Source of the DNA: Octopus vulgaris | Taxonomy: Eukaryota | Length of the DNA stretch: 64,000 nt | Direction: 5' to 3' | Assembly: GCA_951406725.2 (NCBI GenBank) | Contig: OX597827.1 | Coordinates: forward strand, 18,848,001 to 18,912,000 | Part shown: piece after piece, positions 25,782 to 39,894 of the stretch | How the letters are laid out: every line of letters starts with the position of its first letter | Numbering within the stretch: the stretch's first letter is position 1 | The notes under the pieces: model-generated | Database searches by the model: none | What the model saw: only the letters and a program-made list of their open reading frames with translations | Told to the model about the DNA's origin: nothing | Translations under genes and position numbers: made by a program

Positions 25782-25825
<44 letters not shown>

Positions 25826-26257
25826 GACAATACGAAGAGCGCGATGCGATTGCAATAGATATTTTATTGGTTTGAACAATATTTCGACAGCGCGCCTGTC
25901 TATGTCGAGTTGAAAATGAAAAAAGGATATATCGAAATTCAAAATTATAGAAATTCGAATTAAAAACTTGAACGAGGGCAACCTGCGTTCTCACGTTGAT
26001 AGAATGATATCATCAGTCTTCAATTTTTAAGTTTTCAACTGGCAAAACGAAAATAATAATAATAATAATAAAATAAAAATAATAAAATGGATAAAATAAA
26101 AGAAGAATATTAAAATGTTATAATTTTCTTAATAATGCCTATTTGATAATTTCTGAGGAGTTACATCAATAATTTAATAATAATAATAATAATAACAACA
26201 ATGATAATAATAATAATAATGAAAAATAATAATAACAACAACAACAACAACAACAAC

Positions 26258-26332
<75 letters not shown>

Positions 26333-26335
<3 letters not shown>

Positions 26336-27330
26336 AGGACTCAGAGAGCGCAAGCCGCCAAGTTAACACCAACGTCCTTCTCAACGATTAGTCGGAGATG
26401 ATTTTTAAAAAGAGAATATCTGAAATAAACCCAACTGCTCTCACAAACGAGAATACTAAAAATGAACCCGACTGCTCTCAAGAAATTAAGTTAGAAAACC
26501 GGAAAAATAATCCAGAATCTGTGTCCGGTACTTGATCGATCCCAGTGGTAGTCATGGAATGTGAAGGTGAGTGTGCGGGCCGTGTTTGTAGTGCTGTGTG
26601 TGTGTCGTCTGCAGTGGGAACAGGGACGGTTTTCTCTATGAAGGCCTTTTTTAGTCTCTCCTCTGTTATAGTGTCTTTACAACCATTAGAGTCTATAATG
26701 AAAGAAAACGGAAAGGACCAGCATACGGTACTGTTAACGGAGGTGTAACAACATCGTTGCGCACAAAAATGTAAAGCTTACTTCAAGGCAGAGCCATAAA
26801 TGCAATTGTCAAGTAGGTAAGAGGTTTAAAACAGGAGCAACATGTTCAAAATTGGTAAAACTAAAAATTGTTGAGGATAAATTAAATTTATTATTGTTAC
26901 TGAATATGTTGGTGTTACTTAATTTCTGAACGGGTTTGCTACTGTTTGTTTATGTAGTTTGATTTCTTTATCCGTCAGTTTCTACTAAGATAGAACGCGA
27001 GTAAAATTAATAATAGAGAAATGAAAATAAAACTTTGGAAACAGCAACGTCGCCATAATCTACGTGGAAACCATGAGCGTGTTTTCAAGGGAGATAAGCA
27101 GAGATCGTAATCATGTAAAGTAAAGTAAATATAACAAATAATCCAGAATCCTTGTCTGGTAACGGATCGATCCTAGAATCTAATCAGTTCGTGCCAGTTA
27201 CAAGGCCAAGTATCCGTAAAAGTTTCATCCGAATCCATCCAGCGGTTCTTGAGATATCTTGTCCACGGACAAACAAACAAACAAACACGACTGAAAAACA
27301 ATATCTCTGCCTTCACTAAGGCGGAGGAAA
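26333..27330. mobile_element. Helentron/HINE (DINE-1-like) non-autonomous element
   Basis: Left end actcagagagcgcaagccgccaag; right end (caaa)n then hairpin ctctgccttcactaaggcggagg; repeated block aaataatccagaatc...gatcgatcc at 26505 and 27137. Confidence 0.6.
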
Positions 27331-27387
27331 TAATAATAATAATAACAATAACAACAACAACAACAATAATGATAATAATAATAATCA

Positions 27388-27959
27388 TACAGGGAAACAA
27401 AGGAAGAAGTACAAAAAGGACACGAAGAAGAATTACGCAAGAAGGGACTGCACAATCAATTCCATACAGCCGCAACAAAAGTTGGGATTGGCTGATGAAA
27501 AGAACACTAAAACAAAGACCCCCGAGAGCACTATACTAGCAGCGCAAGACCGAGCTTTGGTCATGAACTGGAGGGTCAACCGTAGGAATGAGCAAGTGTC
27601 TCCGCCGTGCAGCATCTGCAATAGAGCGAATGAAACCATTGCCCATATCACGAACGAATGCCCTAGACTTGCCCAAAACCATTACAAGTTATGGCGACTC
27701 GACCAGGTAACGAAAGTGCTACATTGGAAAAATGTACGAAAAGTGGAGGCTACAGAGAGGTGAGGCGTGGTATGAGCACAAACTGCACAGAGTGGCGGAG
27801 TCGGAGACTAGCAAAATCCTCTGGGATTTCCCAATCCTAAAAGATCAGGTGCCAGAGCATGAGACTGGACCTAGTGGTGATGGACAAGGTGCACCACATA
27901 TGCTATGTAGTTGATGTTGCGTACCCCTTTGACCCACGGATAGTAAAAAAGGAAGGCGA

Positions 27960-28020
<61 letters not shown>

Positions 28021-28035
28021 CAGATAGGCAGATAG

Positions 28036-28095
<60 letters not shown>

Positions 28096-28120
28096 CAGAT
28101 AGGCAGATAGACAGACAGAC

Positions 28121-28185
<65 letters not shown>

Positions 28186-28490
28186 CAACCCTCTTAAGTA
28201 CGAAACAGCCCGGCTAAGGAAAATGAAGAAAGTGAAGATAGGGCCAAGTATTTTTGGGGTCATTGGGAACAGTATCAGAAGGTATCAAGAGGAGCATGAA
28301 CGAAATTGGAATAGAGTGCCCAGTAGAACTGTTACAAGAGGTTTTCCCTCCTTGGCAGAGCCAGAATAATCAGGAAAGTATTAGATAGCTGAAAAGAATG
28401 ACTAACACGATACTGTTGGCTGCGGGTAGTAAGCCCGCTACGCATACAGGGCTCCAGGATCTCCAACAAAACTTGAGATGAAGAGAAAAT
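27388..28490 (+). mobile_element. 5'-truncated R4/Dong-clade LINE (CCHC knuckle + RLE) in (TAA)n
   Basis: ESTILAAQDRAL...CSICNRANETIAHITNEC (CCHC), KILWDFPI, DLVVMDK...VVDVAYPFD (PD..D nuclease); frameshifts; flanked by (AAT)n. Confidence 0.88.
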
Positions 28491-28509
28491 AATAATAATA
28501 ATAATAATA

Positions 28510-28546
<37 letters not shown>

Positions 28547-28678
28547 CAACAACAATAATAATAACAATAATAATAATAATAATAATAAAAATTATTATCA
28601 TTATTATTATTATTATTATAATCATCATCATCATTATCATCATCATCATCATCATTATTATCATCATCATCATCATCA

Positions 28679-28733
<55 letters not shown>

Positions 28734-28750
28734 CATTATTATTATTATTG
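28490..28750. repeat. Compound (AAT)/(GAT)/(ATC)/(ATT) trinucleotide array
   Basis: Direct inspection; a second array at 29306-29552. Confidence 0.95.
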
Positions 28751-29305
28751 AGTGAGAGAGCAGTTCATGCCATCAAAGTGACACTTGGGTAAAATATAGG
28801 AAGCCCAGTATACCCATCATGACTACTCGTCTGATAAGGGTACGCCAGGTACAGGTATCACAACCATATGTGCGAGACATAGTGATCTCATATCAAGATA
28901 AACAGCACATCACCTTGTAGGTGGGGTCCAGTTACAATTTTCTTCTGGTCGAGTAACCCATCCAGCTCAAAAGGTCCCCGAATAAGGGTTATTTAAGGAT
29001 ATTGAACAAAACACCCATGTTTTCAAAGGTGAATTATCCAAACCCCAAAGAATTCCTCTCAACACATGGCTATGATGCTCCCCCACTACTTCTGTTCGTG
29101 ATCAGAGATGCACATATCGTCAGCCACTAAGGGACATGCTCAACTGGTTAAGGTCAAGCAACTGACAAGCAAATCTGTGGTATTGAGCAGAATATTTGCT
29201 GTAGCCAATCTTTTATACCAAGACAAAACAATGTACATGATACTTCTTCCAATCAGTTAAGATCAGCAGCCATGAGAGCCACTTCTTGGTACCGCATGAG
29301 GGAAC
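28750..29305 (-). repeat. Unclassified ~550 bp element embedded in ATT/ATC arrays
   Basis: Complex sequence with sharp boundaries against trinucleotide repeats on both sides; no ORF. Confidence 0.45.
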
Positions 29306-29326
29306 TTATCATCATCATCATCATCG

Positions 29327-29357
<31 letters not shown>

Positions 29358-30165
29358 TATCATCATTATCATCATTATCATCATCTTCATCATTATTATC
29401 ATTATCATCATCATTATTATTATCATCATCATTATTATTATCATCATCATCATCATTATTATCATCATCATTATTATTATTATCATCATCATCATTATTA
29501 TTATCATCATCATCATTATTATTATCACCATTATTATTATTATTATTATCTTCATTGAGACGGTGTGCTAGCAGATTCGTTAGCTCGCCGGACAAAATGC
29601 TTACCGATATTTCGTCAGCTTTTGCGTTCCGGGTTCAAATTCTGCCGACGTTGACTTTGCCTTTCACCCTTTCGGGGACGATAAAATAAGATCACCCTTA
29701 AAATTTCAGGCGTTGTGCCTATATTAGAAAGGATTATTATTTTTATCATTATTACGGCAGCGAGCAGGCAGAAACGTTAGTACGCCGGGTAAAATAGTTA
29801 GCTGCATTTCATCCGGCTTTATATTCTGAGTTCAAATTCCGCCAAAGCCGAATTGGCATTTTCAGGACTTATACCGAAAAGCAGAAAAACTCATTACAAA
29901 ATCATATTTGATAAGATAAAGGTAATTGTAATAGTGCGTGTGTCTTTTGAAGCCAACAGTGACTCTACCACGATGTAGTAGCTCAATTCCTATCACACGA
30001 TCTTAGATGTAATCAGTTGCAAAGACATACGCTATACTAAATGCGGACACACAACACACACATACATATAAGTATGTCTATACCAGGAATGCATACCATT
30101 ACATAACCACACACGTATGCACATTACATACACGAATACATGTACACATACGCATATCTATCTGC

Positions 30166-30227
<62 letters not shown>

Positions 30228-30328
30228 GTCTGTCTATCCATCTATCTGTCTGTCTATCCATCTATCTATCTGTCTATCCATCTATCTATCTGTCTATCCA
30301 TCTATCTGTCTGTCTATCCATCTATCTA

Positions 30329-30444
<116 letters not shown>

Positions 30445-30445
30445 C

Positions 30446-30481
<36 letters not shown>

Positions 30482-30873
30482 GTTTAAAAAAAAAGATGGG
30501 GGAATGTAGCAAGGATGGCACGTATGAATGACGAAGCCACCCTGAACATAATCCTATGAACCCGGAACAATTTAAAACAAAGAGTCACTTACTTGCAAAT
30601 AAATGTGACATTATTGACCGAGGTTACCGTGGTTTTTCCATAGGCTTTTCTTTTCACGGATAAACTTTATCTGTTTCCCCATTTACACTTTACATCATGA
30701 CATTTCTGTGATACACGATCCCTATTGATCGTTTTTATTTCTTTTTACGATCCCTTTTGATCGAAAACCTACCCCCTTTTTTTCTTTTTCTTTTTTTTTC
30801 TACCCCAAAAGAAAATCTGTATTTTGTAATATGTCCCCTCTGTGTTCAGCTCTGTGTGGCTAATAAAGAAACA

Positions 30874-30946
<73 letters not shown>

Positions 30947-30955
30947 GTCTATCTA

Positions 30956-30987
<32 letters not shown>

Positions 30988-31027
30988 TCTGTCTATCTAT
31001 CTGTCTATCTATCTATTTATCTATCTG

Positions 31028-31062
<35 letters not shown>

Positions 31063-31716
31063 CATAGTAAGACATACTTTTGCATAACCGCACACGTGTG
31101 CACACGCACGCATACATACGAATATGCACACTCCCCACCCATCCACACACATACATACACTCACACACACGCACACATGCACGCATGTACTGCATAGCTA
31201 TCGCCTACACAGCCACCGCTCGCATTCATTCACATGCGGTAATCACACGGACGGCTTAAATATCAAACGTTGACAATGTCTACCCGAAGATTTAACTAAA
31301 CAAAAAAAAAAAAAACAAAAGCAAAAATATCAATAACAACAACAACAACAACAACAACAACAACGTAATAGTTCAAAGCAAAAAAAAGAAAACACATAAA
31401 AAAATAATAAGAAAAAAATTCAAAAAATAATTGAAAATAAATAATAAAGAAAAAAAAAGAAGCACTTCAAAAAAAAAAAAAAAGAGAGAGAGAGAGAGCT
31501 AAAGACGAAACAAACGCAATCCAAAATACAATAATACAATTGCAGTCTTGTGGAAAATGCTGACACAAAATCTCTCTGTTGTCTACAAAATTCCTTCGAC
31601 CAAATTTGCCAAGATATATTACAAAAGAATAAACCAGAATCAAATCCACGCAGTACACAGCCCATCAGGTGATCAAGCGATCAGCTGCATACTACAGAAC
31701 TAGTCTAAAAGATTAC

Positions 31717-31786
31717 CTGCCAGGCCGTATTTTCGGCAATCTGTTCCAGTCTCTCTGGTGCCTCTCTAGCATTATATGAAACACAG
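31717..31786 (-). CDS. Candidate exon F of minus-strand gene
   Basis: catttctcag| acceptor, cag|gtaatc donor; open as (A)VFHIMLERHQRDWNRLPKIRPG or CVSYNAREAPERLEQIAENTAWQ. Confidence 0.4.
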
Positions 31787-31802
31787 CTGAGAAATGATTC
31801 TT

Positions 31803-31839
<37 letters not shown>

Positions 31840-32250
31840 TATATTTTATCCTATGTTGATGAGGTTTTCTTTTTATTGTTTGTTTCTTATTTTTCTCTAT
31901 TTTCTTTTCATTTTCGTTTTTTTGTTTTCATATGTTTTTGTAGCATAGCTATTTATTTACTTACTTTATTTTATGTTGTATTATTTTTTTTAATGTTTTG
32001 GTGGGTAGGCTGGAGGTTGAGGACTCTGTGTGTGTGTGTTTGTGTCTCTGTGCGTGTATGTATGTGTGTGTGTGTGTGTGTGTGTTTGTGTGTGTGGATG
32101 TGGTGGAGGTGCGGCTGGTAGGTGACGGGACCGGGGACGGGAGGAGTTAGAAGTAAGTTTGTTACTAATATTTGTTTATTTTCCACTTGAAAAACATCGT
32201 CAAAAGCCATCTACATAACGCAGGTGCGCGCATGTGCTTATATGTGTGGC

Positions 32251-32293
<43 letters not shown>

Positions 32294-32387
32294 CACACAG
32301 ACATACACGCACATATATACAAACACACACACATATATGAATACAAATGCGTGTAAATACACGTATTTATATATACATTTTTATATA

Positions 32388-32459
<72 letters not shown>

Positions 32460-32536
32460 CATATACATGCATATATATGTATGTGTATGTACATGTATAT
32501 ATACACATGCATCAATATGTGCATCATATATATATA

Positions 32537-32580
<44 letters not shown>

Positions 32581-32796
32581 CACGTGTGTGTATGTGCGTG
32601 TGTCCGTGTCTGTGTATATGGGTGTGTATGTAATATAGCTCGCGTACCAAAACAATGATAACAAAATATTATGGCGTTAAAAACGATTGTATTGTCAGAA
32701 TGCAGAACGCATATTATTGTTGTGACGTGAAAAATTATGACTGAAACGCTATTAAACATATATTATGACGTAACAAAACATACATACACATACACG

Positions 32797-32874
<78 letters not shown>

Positions 32875-33759
32875 CATTCCAGAAATTTCGCTGAGGTATG
32901 CTCCTCTTCTTGATGTGTGTTCTTGCATTTTTGTTTGGTTTTTGAGCTTGAGTTATTTAATTTTTTTTTTAAGTGGGTAATGGGTAGGTGTGTAGGGGGT
33001 GGGTGGGTATAGTTTAGTTATTAACAATTTTTGTTTATTTTTTCCCCCTCTTGAAAAACATAGTCAAAATCAACACTGCAACGTGTTTTTGTGTGCGTGT
33101 ATGGGTGTGTAGCTGTGTGTATGTACATTTGCATGTACACACAGATACACACACATATGTCTGTCCGTCCTTGTGTGTGCATGTATGTGCATATGTTTGT
33201 GTACATATATATGTGTATATATAATGTCTTTATATACGTAATATATATATATATATCTGTCAATATATATATATTTATATGTGACTATATATACATAATT
33301 ATCTATCAATTTTTCAATCTATCTATCTATCTATCTATTCAGGAGAACGTAATTCAGTTGCATCCATCCATCCATCCGTCCATCCATCCATCCACCCATC
33401 CATCCATCCATCCATCCATCCATCCACCCATCCATCCATACATACATACATACATACATACACACTGCCCAGATACCAATCTTAAGGAATTTGGCTTCTC
33501 AAAACCAGAAAGGAGAAAGCTGATTCGAAGATTACAGATCCAAGCGCTCACTGGAACTGCCAAGATCTGTAAAACTTTCCAAAAGTGTATCATTTAAGTA
33601 TATATGAGCATGTCTCGTCATGCAATTATATGCATAAGAATGCATTCATTAAACAAAGCATACAAGTCAGCACATATACATACATAAATATATAAAAACA
33701 TACGCGCACGCACACACACACACACACACAAATACACACACACACACACACGCAAACAT

Positions 33760-34135
33760 ATAAATAAATAAATGGAGTTAAACGCAGGTGTTATTCAAAT
33801 GTTTTTACTTCCGACACATGTTTCGAAGAAAACATTGGTAATATTCCAGAAGAAATAAGGTGGTGAGAAGATTGCATAGTTTTACACCATTTTATTCCTT
33901 CTGGAATAATACCAATGTTTTCTTCGAAACGTGTGCCGGAAGTAAAAACATTTCAATAACACCAGCGTTTAACTCCATTTATTTATTTATCTATATCAAT
34001 CAAAGACATATCACCTAAAACTGGAGTTTCTATCTCTATAAGTAGGCTGTTACATCCTTGGTACTTGTGTGAATTTCTGCTACGCTGGTAACTATTCATC
34101 TACTTTTTCCGTGTTATTTGTAAACATGTAAACAT
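33760..34135 (+). mobile_element. Inverted pLTR-like remnant carrying the 3' half of a hammerhead
   Basis: Arms 33760-33865 / 33884-33990; left arm (minus) ttcGAAACatgtGTCggaag; related fragment 17311-17410. Confidence 0.6.
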
Positions 34136-34154
34136 TGAAAAAACACACAAACAT

Positions 34155-34250
<96 letters not shown>

Positions 34251-34369
34251 TTCCGAAATTGTGTATAGAATAATATATCAGTTGAATAAAGTTACAACAT
34301 GGTCTGGTTTTCTCGTTTTTTATTATTGTAGTTAAAAAGTTTTTTTTTACAATGTTTAAGAGTGTTAAA

Positions 34370-34755
34370 CTCTTTTACTCTTTTACTCTTTTACTTGTTT
34401 CAGTCATTTGACTGCGGCCATGCTGGAGCACCGCCTTTAATCGAGCAACTCGACCCCGGGACTTATTCTTTTGTAAGCCCAGTACTTATTCTATCGCTCT
34501 CTTTTGCCGAACCGCTAAGTGACGGGGACATAAACACACCAGCATCGGTTGTCAAGCAATGCTAGGGGACAAACACAGACACACAAACACACACACGCAT
34601 ATATATATATATACATATATACCACGGGCTTCTTTCAGTTTCCGTCTACCAAATCCACTCACAAGGCTTTGGTCGGCCCGAGGCTATAGTAGAAGACACT
34701 TACCCAAGGTGCCACGCAGTGGGACTGAACCCGGAACCATGTGGCTGGTTAGCAA
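34370..34755 (-). mobile_element. SINE family A
   Basis: Family blocks. Confidence 0.92.
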
Positions 34756-34833
34756 AATTTCAAAATGTATTTAACTGACAGTTCTTGACAACATATATAT
34801 GTATACACACACACACACACACAGACACACACA

Positions 34834-34890
<57 letters not shown>

Positions 34891-35129
34891 GCACGCATGC
34901 ACGCACATATGTGTGTGTTTGTCTTTGTTATTATTTGTACCATACTACCGCCCAGCAATAGGTTTTGGTTTGTTTACGTGCCCGTAACTTAGCCGCACGC
35001 CAAAAAGAGACTGCTAGATTAAGCACCAGGCTGGGGTCAATTTGTTCTAGTAATCCGATGAAAGCGGTGCCCCAGGATGGCCGCAGTACAATGACTGAAA
35101 CAAATAAAATGAAAGATATATATGCGTAT

Positions 35130-35175
<46 letters not shown>

Positions 35176-35447
35176 TTAATAAGGGTGAGAGAATTAGATA
35201 CTAATTTAATAGTATATTTATTCCACACCAAGTGGCCTAGTGCTACGAGAAACCTGGATTATTATAATATTTTATAACATATTATAATATTTTCACAAAA
35301 TAAATATAAGAGAGTGTTCACTATATTGATCACTCTAGCACTAGTTAATCCAAGAGGTTTCAACCACGAAAAATACATGTTTCCCATGAAAGCCGGTACG
35401 ACTGTTAGTTCACACGGACAGGGCAAATAAAAATAACAAAAATACAG

Positions 35448-35525
<78 letters not shown>

Positions 35526-35769
35526 ACGTGTATTCTGTTAAAAGCCTGGAATTGGGCATTCGATTCGAGAAAGCTTCTCGTAAAGAAGTATAGTGTTAAA
35601 AAACAATTATACATAGAAATCTATCAGAAACAGACAAAAAGTGTCGGCAGCGGTTCTGGAATTGCTAAACAGTTATTTCTGCCTTCTACACGGCCTTTTC
35701 AGAACCCCAAATTTTTCTGTCTGTAATGCATTTATCCGTCCCTATTTGTTCTTGTGTTTGATTGCCTCT

Positions 35770-36110
35770 TTCTGTCGTTTTTCCTTCGTTCGTTCGTTCG
35801 TTCGTTCGTTCCTTCTTTCCTTCCTTCTTTCCTTCCCTCCTTTCTTCCTTCCCTCCTTTCTTCCTGTCTGTCTTTCTTTGTTTTTTTCTTTTTTACTCTA
35901 TTTCTTCTTTCCTTCCTTCCCTCCTTTCTTTCTTACTCTCTTTCTTTGTTTCTTTGTTTCTTTGTTTCTTCCTTTCTTTCTTCCTTTCTTTCTTTCTTTC
36001 TTTCTTTCTTACACTCTTTCTTTACTTCTTTCTTCCTTTCTTTCTTACTCTCTTTCTTTCTTTCTTTCTCTCTTATTCTCTTTCTTTCTTACTCTCTTTC
36101 TTTCTTACTC

Positions 36111-36142
<32 letters not shown>

Positions 36143-36202
36143 ACTCTCTTTCTTTCTTACCCTTTTTCTTTCTTTCTTACTTTCTTTCTTTCTTTCTTAC
36201 TC

Positions 36203-36238
<36 letters not shown>

Positions 36239-36294
36239 ACTCTCTTTCTTTCTTACCCTTTTTCTTTCTTTCTTACTCTCTTTCTTTCTTTCCT

Positions 36295-36330
<36 letters not shown>

Positions 36331-36375
36331 ACTCTCTTTCTTTCTTACGCTTTTTCTTTCTTTCTTTCTTACTCC

Positions 36376-36407
<32 letters not shown>

Positions 36408-36447
36408 TCTTTCTTACTCTCTTTCTTTCTTTCTTTCTTTCTTTCTC

Positions 36448-36479
<32 letters not shown>

Positions 36480-36480
36480 T

Positions 36481-36512
<32 letters not shown>

Positions 36513-36578
36513 ACTCTTTCTTTCTTTCTTTCTTTCTTTCTTACTCTTTTTCTTTGTTTCTATGTTTCTTTCTTACTC

Positions 36579-36610
<32 letters not shown>

Positions 36611-36990
36611 ACTCTCTTTCTTTCTTACCCTCTTTCTTTCTTTCTTACTCTCTTTCTTTCTTACCCTTTTTCTTTCTTTCTTTCTTTCTTTCTTACTCTC
36701 TTTCTTTCTTTCTTTCTTTCTTACTCTATTTCTTTCTTTCTTTGTTTCTTTCTTTCTTACTCTCTTTCTTTCTTACCCTCTTTCTTTCTTTCTTACTCTC
36801 TTTCTTTCTTACCCTCTTTCTTTCTTTCTTACTCTCTTTCTTTCTTACCCTCTTTCTTTCTTTCTTACTCTCTTTCTTTCTTTCTTTCTCTCTTTCTTTC
36901 TTTCTTTCTCTCTTTCTCACCTATCTATCTATTTATCTATCTAATCCACTGCTCTCTATAATACTGTTCTCTCTCTCTCTTTCTCTCTTT
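35770..36990. repeat. ~1.2 kb polypyrimidine (CTTT)n array with higher-order units
   Basis: tttc repeats punctuated by recurring ttactctc and ttaccct. Confidence 0.95.
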
Positions 36991-37126
36991 CTCTCTTCCA
37001 CCTCTTTTAGCACAACCATTGTTTCCTTACAGCTTGACCGAGATAGAAAGACAGCGTGAGAGAGGGGGAGAGAGAGGAAAGTGGGAGAGATAGAGAGAGA
37101 GAGAAATCAACAATAAAGGGGACCCG

Positions 37127-37191
<65 letters not shown>

Positions 37192-37746
37192 AGTGTGTGT
37201 TTGTGCGTGTGTGTGTGTGTGTGTGTACATTTCGAGTTTTCTTATATTTAGAGACATGTAATATACGCAGACACACACACATACATATGTATTAAACACA
37301 TGCACACACACAGAGATATGCACATGTGTGTGTGTTTGTGTGTACGTGTGTGCGTTTGTGTGTATGTGTATGTGTGCGTTTGTGCGTGTGTGTGTGTTTG
37401 TGCGTTTGTGTGTGTGTGTGTGTGCGTTTGTGCGTGTGTATGTGTTTTTGTGTGTGTGTGTGTGCGTTTGTATTTGTGTGTATCTGTTTTTGTATGTATG
37501 TGTGTGTGTGTGTGTGTGTGAACAAGAGATCCCATGCAACAAACGTAATAATATATTACGGCGTTAAAAATTATTGTATTACCAGGGTGCAGAACATATT
37601 ATTTTCCTGACGAGTAAAAATAACAAATGTGACGCTATTAAACCTACATTATGACGTAACATAACACCACACATACACACACATACACACACACACACAA
37701 ACACACGCGCTGCGCACTCACATATACACACATACGGAAAATACTT

Positions 37747-37777
<31 letters not shown>

Positions 37778-37778
37778 C

Positions 37779-37830
<52 letters not shown>

Positions 37831-37876
37831 TGCATAAAAGCTGATATACATATACACATAAGGATGCAATATACCT

Positions 37877-37923
<47 letters not shown>

Positions 37924-38197
37924 CAAGCATATATGTATGCATATATATGCATTATAGAAGTTTAATCGGTAGTATGTAAAATACATATGTACCTGCGTAA
38001 ATACATAAACATATATACACACACATACATACATACATACATACATACATACATACATACATACATACATACATACATACATACATACATACATACATAC
38101 ATACATACATACATACATACATACATACATACATACATACATACATACATACATACATACATACATACATACATACATACATACATACATACATACA

Positions 38198-38650
38198 TTG
38201 GTGGAATGTCCCAGTGATGACCTCAATAAAATGTAAGCACAACGCACCTGATTTAATGATTTGGGATAGAGAAGAGAAACTGGGCGCTGTTGTGTAAATT
38301 AGCTGCCCAGCAGATGTTAACATAACGCTGGAGATCAGTGAAAAAGAGAACACCTATTCTGAACTATTGAGAAATCTGCAGTTACTCTATCCAGTTTACA
38401 AGTTCAGATTTATACCGGTAATTATTGGAGCCCTGGGATATGTAACACACTGCCTAAATAACAATCTTGAGAAATTAGGCCTCTCAAAACCAGGAAGGAG
38501 AAAGCTTATTCGAAGACTACATATCCAAACCATCACTGGAACTGTAAAAATTTGTAAAACATTTCACAGGTTTATCATTTAAATTTATATGAGCATGTCT
38601 AGATATGCAAGTATACGCATGAGAATACGTACATAAAACATACAGATCTG
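38198..38650 (+). mobile_element. R4/Dong-like LINE endonuclease fragment in (CATA)n
   Basis: KCKHNAPDLMIWDREEKL...V*ISCPADVN...RNLQLLYPVYKFRFIPVIIGALG...GTVKICKTFHRFII*. Confidence 0.8.
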
Positions 38651-38729
38651 CACATACATACATACACACATACATACATACATACATACATACATACATA
38701 CATACATACATACATACATACATACATGC

Positions 38730-39720
38730 AGAAACAAAGAAGCCTTCACTATCATCACCCAAAATTTACCAATGCTACATAAGGACCCCAAATTAAAGGA
38801 AATTTTACACACACATAAGATCCTTAAAAGCCACAAACAACTGAAATCACTAAAAACGATCCTCATAAAGGCAAAATTATTTTCTAAAATAACGGAAGGC
38901 AAAAGTGAAGAAATGTGGTCGACCAAATTGCGCAACGTTCCCAAATTTTGTAGAAGGATCAAAATTCCTTTTCAAAGAGGGACAAATATTCAAAGTCAAA
39001 TCTGACTTTATTTGTACCTCAGAAAACCAGATTTATGTTATAAGATGCTCGGACTGCCACGAATACTACATAGGGTCCACGGGACTATCGCTCAGACGCA
39101 GATGTACTCTGCACCGACAGCAGATTGCATTCCCAGAATACAGAATGATACCCTTTAGTGAACACATTGAGAAATGCGCAAAGCAACTGCTACCACAATT
39201 TGTAATCTTCCCATTTCATCAATGTGCCATAGGAACACCAACACAAGTTAGATTAAATAAAGAAACCTACTTCATTGAAAAATATCAGCCAAAATTTAAC
39301 CATTTCTAGCAATTTTAAATAAAGAAACTTACCTCATTGTAAAAAATATAAAGCAAAACTTAACCACTTCTAACATTCTATTCTTTCTAAACAAAATCAT
39401 GTTAAATTAATAAAACCTAGTCATTCCCAACATTTTTTATTATCTCCCTTATACCGAAAAAAATCCCTGATTACCTTCCCCTGTCTGGAAATCTCATACT
39501 TCACTCATAGCGAAGAGATGACACAAAATCGGTAAAGAAATTTGAGAAATTTGAAAAGAAAATAAGAAACCAGTTATTTCTCCAAAAACAATATTACTTT
39601 ACACATAATTTCATAACATTTTTTTAACATAACGATTTAAATATATTCTTTAACCATATTTACACAAGTCTTCTATTTTTTTCACTCTATTTCGTCTTTT
39701 ATACATCCAACCACGCGCTT
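38730..39720 (+). mobile_element. Penelope-like element 3' fragment (GIY-YIG, Neptune-type Cys linker)
   Basis: KKCGRPNCATF...ENQIYVIRCSDCHEYYIGSTG...RCTLHR...ETYFIEKYQPKFN; frameshift near 38900; homologous to 61896-62786. Confidence 0.9.
39544..39582 (+). ncRNA. Minimal hammerhead-like motif, U3:A8 core, no helix II
   Basis: gagaaat TTGAAAA gaaaataa GAAA C ca GTT atttctc (7 bp helix I), ~235 nt after the GIY-YIG stop. Confidence 0.5.
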
Positions 39721-39737
39721 TCACATACCAACTCTCT

Positions 39738-39894
<157 letters not shown>

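Noticed and set aside
28332-29595. Poly-I/M/H/D/N ORFs
   Set aside because: Trinucleotide arrays with no coding context
31713-31740. PKIRPGR* as an amidated neuropeptide end
   Set aside because: Overlaps a plausible splice donor; no signal peptide or clear precursor structure visible
35641-37059. 472/399/396 aa F/L/S-rich ORFs
   Set aside because: Translation of a stop-free (CTTT)n tract in all frames
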